Shown one piece after another: positions 58,095 through 64,000 of a stretch of DNA of 64,000 nt. The DNA lies in contig CACJWQ010000003.1 in NCBI GenBank assembly GCA_902597015.1, positions 25,434-89,433 on the forward strand, written 5' to 3'. Position 1 is the first letter of the stretch. Each line of letters begins with the position of its first letter. This DNA is from an uncultured Alphaproteobacteria bacterium (lineage in GTDB: Bacteria; Pseudomonadota; Alphaproteobacteria; HIMB59; GCA-002718135). Position numbers and translations under genes: made by a program. The notes below the pieces were generated by a model that did not search any database, was not told the DNA's origin, and saw nothing but the letters and a program-made list of their open reading frames with translations.

Positions 58095-58982
58095 ATGCTG
58101 AAATCTAAAAACATTTTTGTTTGTATTGGGGCAATTCATCACGATTATTTATTAAATCTTAAAAAAAATATTATTAATTTTAGATCTAATCAAATTACAC
58201 AAAAAAGCAGAATTGGTGGAGTGGCGTACAATATTGCAGAATTGCTTTCGAATTTTGTTGATGTAAACTTTTATAGTTTAGCTATCAATGAAGAGATTAG
58301 AAAAAAAATCTCAAAAAAAATCTATGTTCATCAAGTGAATAAAGATTATGCAGATAGATACTATTTAGCTTTATCAGATAAAAATAATAAATTTTTATTA
58401 GGATTAGCTAACACAGATGAATATGAAAATAATAAATCTTTAAAAATACCAAACATCAAGAATAAAAATATAATATTTGATCTAAATTTTTCTAAAACCT
58501 ATTTGGAAAAATCAATAAATAAACTATCAAAAAAAAATAAAATTATAGTGTGCGCAACATCAGTGCATAAAGTTATTAAAATTAAAAGGATTATAAATAA
58601 AGTTGATTTTATATTCTTAAATAAAGCAGAGTTACTTAAACTTACAAATTCATCAAATATAATATTAGGTGTAAAAAAAATATTAAAACAAAATAAAAAA
58701 ATAAAAATAATTACTACTAATTCAAAAAATAATGTAATCTTTGGAAGTAATGAATTTATAAAAAAAATAAAACCCCCATCAATCAAAGTAGTAAACGAAA
58801 ATGGAGCTGGAGACGCACTAGCAGCTATGATGCTGTATTTGTTCAGTATAAATGAAAAAATGAATTATATTTTGAAAACTTCTGTAGCATGTGGGTCATA
58901 TTATGCTAGTGGTAAAAGTCTAAAAACTAAGAGTGATTTATTAAAAATTAAAAATCTTTCTAAGAGAGTGATTGTACAATAA
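58095..58982 (+). CDS. psuK: PfkB-family kinase, probable pseudouridine kinase
   Basis: GGVAYNIA, FLNKAE, VNENGAGDA; directly upstream of psuG. Confidence 0.72.
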   Translation: MLKSKNIFVCIGAIHHDYLLNLKKNIINFRSNQITQKSRIGGVAYNIAELLSNFVDVNFYSLAINEEIRKKISKKIYVHQVNKDYADRYYLALSDKNNKFLLGLANTDEYENNKSLKIPNIKNKNIIFDLNFSKTYLEKSINKLSKKNKIIVCATSVHKVIKIKRIINKVDFIFLNKAELLKLTNSSNIILGVKKILKQNKKIKIITTNSKNNVIFGSNEFIKKIKPPSIKVVNENGAGDALAAMMLYLFSINEKMNYILKTSVACGSYYASGKSLKTKSDLLKIKNLSKRVIVQ

Positions 58983-58983
58983 T

Positions 58984-59892
58984 ATGCATGAAATATTTGA
59001 TATAAATAAAAAAGTTCAAGAAGCAATAAATAGAAAAAAACCAATAGTAGCTTTAGAAAGTACATTGATTAGCCATGGATTGCCCTATCCAGAAAATATT
59101 AAAGTCGCAAATGAATCTATAAAGGCTGTTGAAGATAACGGTGCAATTGCTGCAACAATAGGAATAATTAGAGGTAAGGTTAAAATAGGATTATCGGAAG
59201 AAGATATTCAAATATTAGCAAAAGAGAAAAATGTACAAAAAGTTTCAAACCACAATATAAATTTATCAATATTTAATAAAGAAAATGCTGCTACAACAGT
59301 AGCAAGTACAATTTCTATAGCTTCTAAATTTCAAATAAGATTTTTTGCAACAGGAGGAATTGGTGGTGTGCATCTAAATGCTGAAAATACCAATGATGTA
59401 TCTGCAGATCTATATGCACTTTCTGAGAATTCAAATTTTGTAATCTGTAGTGGTGCTAAATCTATATTAGATTTAAGTAAAACAAATGAACTTCTTGAAA
59501 CTTTAGGAATTACAAGAATTGGTTATCAAACAAATTATATGCCTGGTTTTTGGTATGAAGAAACAGAATATAAAGTCGATAATAAATTTGATGAAATTAA
59601 TGAAATTTCTTCTTTTTTAAAACTCAATGAAAATATGGGAAATAAAAAATCAATTCTCATATTTAATAAAGTTCCATTAGAAAAAGCACTTAATAAAAAT
59701 GACGTAGAAAAATGGATAAACAATGCAACAATAAAAGCTGATAGAAATAATATCAGTGGAAAAGAATTAACACCGTTTCTCATAAAAGAAATTAACGAAC
59801 AATCAAAAAATGAAACTCTAAATGCTAATGTATCTCTAATAATTAATAATGCGAATTTAGCTGGAAAGATTGCAAAGAGTTTTTATAGTTAA
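58984..59892 (+). CDS. psuG: Pseudouridine-5'-phosphate glycosidase
   Basis: VALESTLISHGLPYP, ATTVAST, FATGGIGGVH, DVSADL, GAKSILD, GKELTPFL. Confidence 0.95.
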   Translation: MHEIFDINKKVQEAINRKKPIVALESTLISHGLPYPENIKVANESIKAVEDNGAIAATIGIIRGKVKIGLSEEDIQILAKEKNVQKVSNHNINLSIFNKENAATTVASTISIASKFQIRFFATGGIGGVHLNAENTNDVSADLYALSENSNFVICSGAKSILDLSKTNELLETLGITRIGYQTNYMPGFWYEETEYKVDNKFDEINEISSFLKLNENMGNKKSILIFNKVPLEKALNKNDVEKWINNATIKADRNNISGKELTPFLIKEINEQSKNETLNANVSLIINNANLAGKIAKSFYS

Positions 59893-60833
59893 GGTAATAA
59901 CGATAATTTAGCTTTAAGTAATTGAAAAAATTTTTCATCATTAGCTTCATTCATCACAAAACAATTTACTGGTCTTTTAGTAACACCTAGCCAATCAACA
60001 ACAGTCTCCCCTCTTGTTAATTCAGAATTTTCTTCAACTGTGACATTAACTTCTTTTCCACTAAAAATAGATGGATCTAATAAATATGCAATAACACATG
60101 GGTCATGCAAAGGAGTTTCCTCAGTTTCGTATAATTCTTTATGAAATATTGTATAAAATTCCATTAGTTCTCCAAAAAACTTAGAACTTTTATTTTTATT
60201 TTCATTCATTGATTTGATAATTTTTGAATTTACATTTACCTGATGAGTAACATCTAAACCCATCATTGTTAAAGGAATGCCTGATTCTAAAACAATATTA
60301 GCCGCATGTGGATCCACATAAATATTAAATTCAGCTGATGGTGTAGTATTTCCTAAGCACATAGCAGCTCCACCCATAAAAACTATTTCTTTTATATTTT
60401 CTTTAATAGATGGATCTTTTTTCAAACTTAAGGCAATATTTGTAAGAGGTCCTGTTGGACATAAATAAATTTGCTCTGTTGAAGATTTACAAGTTTCTAC
60501 TATGAAATCAACTGCATGTTTTTCTTGAGGTTTATAATTTGTATCTATTATTATAGGATCACCTTTTTTATCTAATCCAGTTTTTCCATGAACATATTCA
60601 GCTGTAAATAATTCATAATGAATAGGTTTATTTGCACCAGAGTAAACTTTAATGTCCGTTCTTTCAATTAACGTACAAACTTTTAGAGCGTTATTTACTG
60701 TATTATTTAAACCACTATTTCCACCGACACAGGTGATACCCAGTATGTCAATCTCTTTAGAGGAAGCAGCTAACATTATTGCTACAGCATCATCATGACC
60801 TGGATCACAATCTAAAATTATTTTTTTAGTCAT
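59889..60833 (-). CDS. Inosine/uridine-preferring nucleoside hydrolase
   Basis: IILDCDPGHDDA, VHGKTG, GPLTN, AEFNIYVDP, LHDP. Start placed at ATG 60833. Confidence 0.93.
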   Translation of the reverse strand: MTKKIILDCDPGHDDAVAIMLAASSKEIDILGITCVGGNSGLNNTVNNALKVCTLIERTDIKVYSGANKPIHYELFTAEYVHGKTGLDKKGDPIIIDTNYKPQEKHAVDFIVETCKSSTEQIYLCPTGPLTNIALSLKKDPSIKENIKEIVFMGGAAMCLGNTTPSAEFNIYVDPHAANIVLESGIPLTMMGLDVTHQVNVNSKIIKSMNENKNKSSKFFGELMEFYTIFHKELYETEETPLHDPCVIAYLLDPSIFSGKEVNVTVEENSELTRGETVVDWLGVTKRPVNCFVMNEANDEKFFQLLKAKLSLLP

Positions 60834-61689
60834 TAATAAAACTTTTAAGAGGTATTGAAGATCTTTGTAACCAATTCCATTCAGGATATTCGTTGTTATT
60901 ATCAATTACATGAATTGTGTAAGCATGTCTTGATTTTAAACTTGTATTCTCACATGAATAATGAGGAAGTCTACCATGTAATAAAACAAGTGATCCTTTT
61001 TTTACTTCTACAAAAGTATCAGTTTCAGGAAATGGCTCATCATTTAGATCTATCATTTGCATTTTACCGTCTACTTTTTTAAAAAGTTTTCTTAATGGGC
61101 CTTTATGACCTCCGCTTGCAACTTGTAAACATCCATTTGTTTTATTTGCATCTTCTAATGCAAACCAGAAACCGATAGTACTTTCTGGCTCAGTATATAA
61201 AAAAGTAGAATCTTGATGGCAAACTACTTCACCGCCTATTTTAGGTTGTTTAAAAATATACATAGACTGAAGTAATTTTGGTTTTGAGAAACCAAGTGAT
61301 AAAGCAATATCTTGAAGTTTTTGTTTATGAGAAAATTTATAAAAAACTTTATCTAAGTCGTGCAACGCGTGACCGATTTTATTTACAATAAAATGTTTAT
61401 TTTCTTCTATGTTATCATCATTTAAATTAGCTTTTTCTTCAAAGAAGAAACGAATTTTATCTCCTGATTCTAAAAAATAATTATCATCATTATGAGCTTG
61501 ATTGACTGTATCAAAAATAGATTTTTGATTATTAAAATTATTATGTTCGATAAGATATGATGACCGTTCCATTAATTCATCACATTCTTTATCTGTGTTG
61601 AAATTTTCTATAACCAAATATCCATTATCATTCCAAAATTTAATCATTTCACCGTTTAAGGGTAGATCGTTTGTTGAAAAATATTTCAT
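60826..61689 (-). CDS. Phytanoyl-CoA dioxygenase-family protein (PHYHD1-like)
   Basis: FLESGDKIRFFFE, NKIGHALH, QSMYIFKQPKIGGEV..HQD, LPHYS, SRHAY. Confidence 0.9.
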   Translation of the reverse strand: MKYFSTNDLPLNGEMIKFWNDNGYLVIENFNTDKECDELMERSSYLIEHNNFNNQKSIFDTVNQAHNDDNYFLESGDKIRFFFEEKANLNDDNIEENKHFIVNKIGHALHDLDKVFYKFSHKQKLQDIALSLGFSKPKLLQSMYIFKQPKIGGEVVCHQDSTFLYTEPESTIGFWFALEDANKTNGCLQVASGGHKGPLRKLFKKVDGKMQMIDLNDEPFPETDTFVEVKKGSLVLLHGRLPHYSCENTSLKSRHAYTIHVIDNNNEYPEWNWLQRSSIPLKSFIND

Positions 61690-61922
61690 TATATTCCTAT
61701 TAATTTTGTCAAGAATGGTAAACCAACTTTAATAAGATTTAATAACTGTGGTATCAAGAATTTTCCAGTTGTTGCAAGGAAGAAGATTATACCTCCAATT
61801 ATGACTATCAGAATTAAATTTCTATAAAAGTTGCCATAATTATTATATTGTGATTTGGCTCTTGATCTCAAAATAAATAGTATAATTACTATAACAATTA
61901 AAACTATTAACAATCGGATCAT
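61689..61922 (-). CDS. Small membrane protein
   Basis: 77 aa with two hydrophobic segments; its stop overlaps the start of the next gene. Confidence 0.65.
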   Translation of the reverse strand: MIRLLIVLIVIVIILFILRSRAKSQYNNYGNFYRNLILIVIIGGIIFFLATTGKFLIPQLLNLIKVGLPFLTKLIGI

Positions 61923-61990
61923 ATATTTTCTATATTTAGTAAAAATTAATTTGCAATACTAATTATATCTTAATAAATAGTTTTTAGTAG

Positions 61991-62374
61991 ATGATCAGAT
62001 TAAGCATATTATTTTTATCAATTTTTTCTTTAATTTATGGAATTTATTTTTTAATTTTTCCATATAGTTTTGTGAATTTAACTGTTGCTGAAAATACCAA
62101 TATAGCATGGCTAAGAAATCTTGGTGGAGCTATAACAGGTCTTTTATTTATTGGTCTTTTAATGATCTACTTGAATACAAAGGGCTCAATCAGATTACTT
62201 AATGTTATTATTATTACATCCATAATACAGACCTCAGCTTTGATATATTCAAGAATAACAAATGAATTTTCCGCAAATAATTTAATAATTATTGATATAA
62301 CTATTTATGCTGCAATAATTGTTACTATTTATTTATTATTCATTTCAATTAGATTTAAAAAACTATTTATTTAA
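61991..62374 (+). CDS. Hypothetical 4-TM membrane protein
   Basis: Hydrophobic pattern with WLRNLGGA. Confidence 0.7.
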   Translation: MIRLSILFLSIFSLIYGIYFLIFPYSFVNLTVAENTNIAWLRNLGGAITGLLFIGLLMIYLNTKGSIRLLNVIIITSIIQTSALIYSRITNEFSANNLIIIDITIYAAIIVTIYLLFISIRFKKLFI

Positions 62375-62960
62375 ATTTAAAAAAAATTCTAATTAATAAA
62401 AGAATAATTAATATTAAAAAAATTAAAATTATTTCAAATGATAAAATATTACTAAGTTGAAATTCCTTAACTTCAATAAGATTAGAAAATTGATTACCAA
62501 TAAATGAAAAAAGAAGAAAATAAGGAGTAAAACCAATAAACGATGAAATTATAAATTTAGTTTTAGAAATATTTAATGTTGATAAAAATAAATTTTGAAC
62601 AAATAATGGTACTCCAAAGATAAGTCGTAATAAAACTAAGTATTCAAAAGATGATTTTTTAATGACTGTATTTAGTTTATCACTAAATTTTTCAATTTGT
62701 TTATTAAAATATTTTTTAAATAGATTTTTAAAAAAAAGAAAAAAACATAAACTACCTAAAACAATAGTTGTTATATTAATTATAAAACCTGTAATAAATC
62801 CAAAAAAGAAACTTGATGCAAGTATAATTATTAAACTACCAGGTAGAGAGAATGTAAAAAACAAAAATGAAAATAAAAAATATAAAATTAAAGACAATTC
62901 TAAATTATTTTTGATTAATAAATCAAATTGAATTAAAAAATTAAAAATAACATCAATCAT
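62367..62960 (-). CDS. DedA/TVP38 (VTT domain) membrane protein
   Basis: FSLPGS, ASSFFFG, LRLIFGVP, FIGFTP. Confidence 0.8.
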   Translation of the reverse strand: MIDVIFNFLIQFDLLIKNNLELSLILYFLFSFLFFTFSLPGSLIIILASSFFFGFITGFIINITTIVLGSLCFFLFFKNLFKKYFNKQIEKFSDKLNTVIKKSSFEYLVLLRLIFGVPLFVQNLFLSTLNISKTKFIISSFIGFTPYFLLFSFIGNQFSNLIEVKEFQLSNILSFEIILIFLILIILLLIRIFFKFK

Positions 62961-63721
62961 TTAATAATTTTAAAACCTTTGAAAAAAATAAATGATGTAA
63001 TAATCAAAGTTAATAAAATAAAAAATATTATAAAGATATTTTCAACTAAATTAAATGAAAATTCATCATTAAATGAATTCCTAAAAAAACTTACAACATA
63101 ATAGTAAGGATTATATAAAAGTATAGTCTTCAAATTATCAGGAAGATAATTTATTGAAAAAAAGGTTCCTGATAAAAAATTAATAGGCGCAACAAAAAAG
63201 CTCGAGAATGTACTTTGTGAATCCCAAGAATTAAAAATTATTCCTATGAAACATCCTAAACATGAGAAAAAAATTATAACTAAAAATAGGTAGTAAAAAA
63301 AATAAAAAAAATTATAAATTTCAATATCTATTAAAAAAGTAAATATAAAAAAATTAAACAGTGCTAAAATAACCCCAATAATAAGAGATGTGGATATTAA
63401 AGATATTAATATTTCAATCCTATAGATAGGTGCCATTAACCAATCATCTAAAGAACCAATTTGTTTCATATGAATTAAAGTAGCAGACGAATTATCGTAA
63501 CTTTCCTGAGCTACGATCATAATGATTAATCCAGGAGCAATAAATTCAACGAAAGAACCTGAATCCATAGAAAGTGAGTAATAATTTTCTACTGTTATAA
63601 AAACTAATATAAATAAAAGATTTGTAGTTAAAGGGGCTAATAAAGAATAATGATACTCTTGTAGAAATTCTTTTATTCTAAATGCGATTATTGAATAAAT
63701 CGCACTAAAATTTAACATCAA
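62957..63721 (-). CDS. ABC-2 type permease
   Basis: FIAPGL, LMAP, PINFLSGTFFSI, NPYYY. Confidence 0.82.
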   Translation of the reverse strand: MMLNFSAIYSIIAFRIKEFLQEYHYSLLAPLTTNLLFILVFITVENYYSLSMDSGSFVEFIAPGLIIMIVAQESYDNSSATLIHMKQIGSLDDWLMAPIYRIEILISLISTSLIIGVILALFNFFIFTFLIDIEIYNFFYFFYYLFLVIIFFSCLGCFIGIIFNSWDSQSTFSSFFVAPINFLSGTFFSINYLPDNLKTILLYNPYYYVVSFFRNSFNDEFSFNLVENIFIIFFILLTLIITSFIFFKGFKIIK

Positions 63722-63727
63722 TTAAGA

Positions 63728-64000
63728 TTACTTAGAAAAGTATTTTTGAACAAGGTCCACCCAAAAATTTACACCAATAGGTAATAAATTATCATTAAAA
63801 TCATACTTTGTTGTATGTAGATGGGCACTATGTTCTGCATCTCCTTGACCAAGATAAAGATAGGAGCCAGGTTTTTTTTCTAACAAATATGAAAAATCTT
63901 CTCCTCCCATTGACGGATCAATATCAGTAATAACTTTATCATCACCGACTAAATCTTTAGCTACATTTGCTGCAAATTTTGTTTCTTCTTTAGAATTGAT
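63728..64000 (-). CDS. M20 amidohydrolase (hippurate hydrolase-like), C-terminal part
   Basis: MGGEDFSY, LHTTKYDFND. The frame continues off the right edge. Confidence 0.85.
   Translation of the reverse strand: MNSKEETKFAANVAKDLVGDDKVITDIDPSMGGEDFSYLLEKKPGSYLYLGQGDAEHSAHLHTTKYDFNDNLLPIGVNFWVDLVQKYFSK

Noticed and set aside
528-62931. Short antisense or overlapping ORFs in the track (528, 1365, 2011, 2956, 3337, 9094, 14542, 19632, 22072, 23827, 27368, 33110, 41798, 45017, 48697, 49709, 52179, 52488, 56844, 58499, 59535, 60855, 62662)
   Set aside because: They lie on top of well-supported genes and have no recognisable motifs, as expected for shadow ORFs.
1-64000. CRISPR array, tRNA/rRNA genes, IS elements or prophage structural genes
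   Set aside because: No regularly spaced repeats, cloverleaf motifs, transposases or virion genes were seen. Intergenic spaces are short and accounted for.

Overview
AT-rich, gene-dense chromosomal window from a streamlined marine alphaproteobacterium. The dmdA gene is SAR11-like, but the exact lineage cannot be fixed from this window. The left end (1-5.7 kb) carries a type I restriction-modification cassette (hsdM-hsdS-hsdR', running off the edge), an HTH gene, cobB and a Cre-like tyrosine recombinase preceded by a palindromic dif-like site. The hsd genes show a strong loss of the GpC dinucleotide and of alanine that is not seen elsewhere in the window. Next is a compact cyclic-nucleotide module: two class III cyclases around a Kv-type channel and a cNMP-binding MscS. 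The rest is mostly metabolic and transport genes: dmdA, an atypical class IV PLP enzyme paired with a sulfotransferase-like gene, an inverted-domain photolyase, cysE-cysK-cystathionine lyase, gcvTHP under a tandem glycine riboswitch, an omega-transaminase, an orphan ribA/ribD/PTPS/glycosyltransferase/methyltransferase/creatininase cluster, mcl-mtkAB, a kinase-M23-aminotransferase fusion and psuKG. No tRNA, rRNA or CRISPR array was recognised. All family calls come from motifs read by eye and remembered homologs. No database search was run, and all counts are hand counts.
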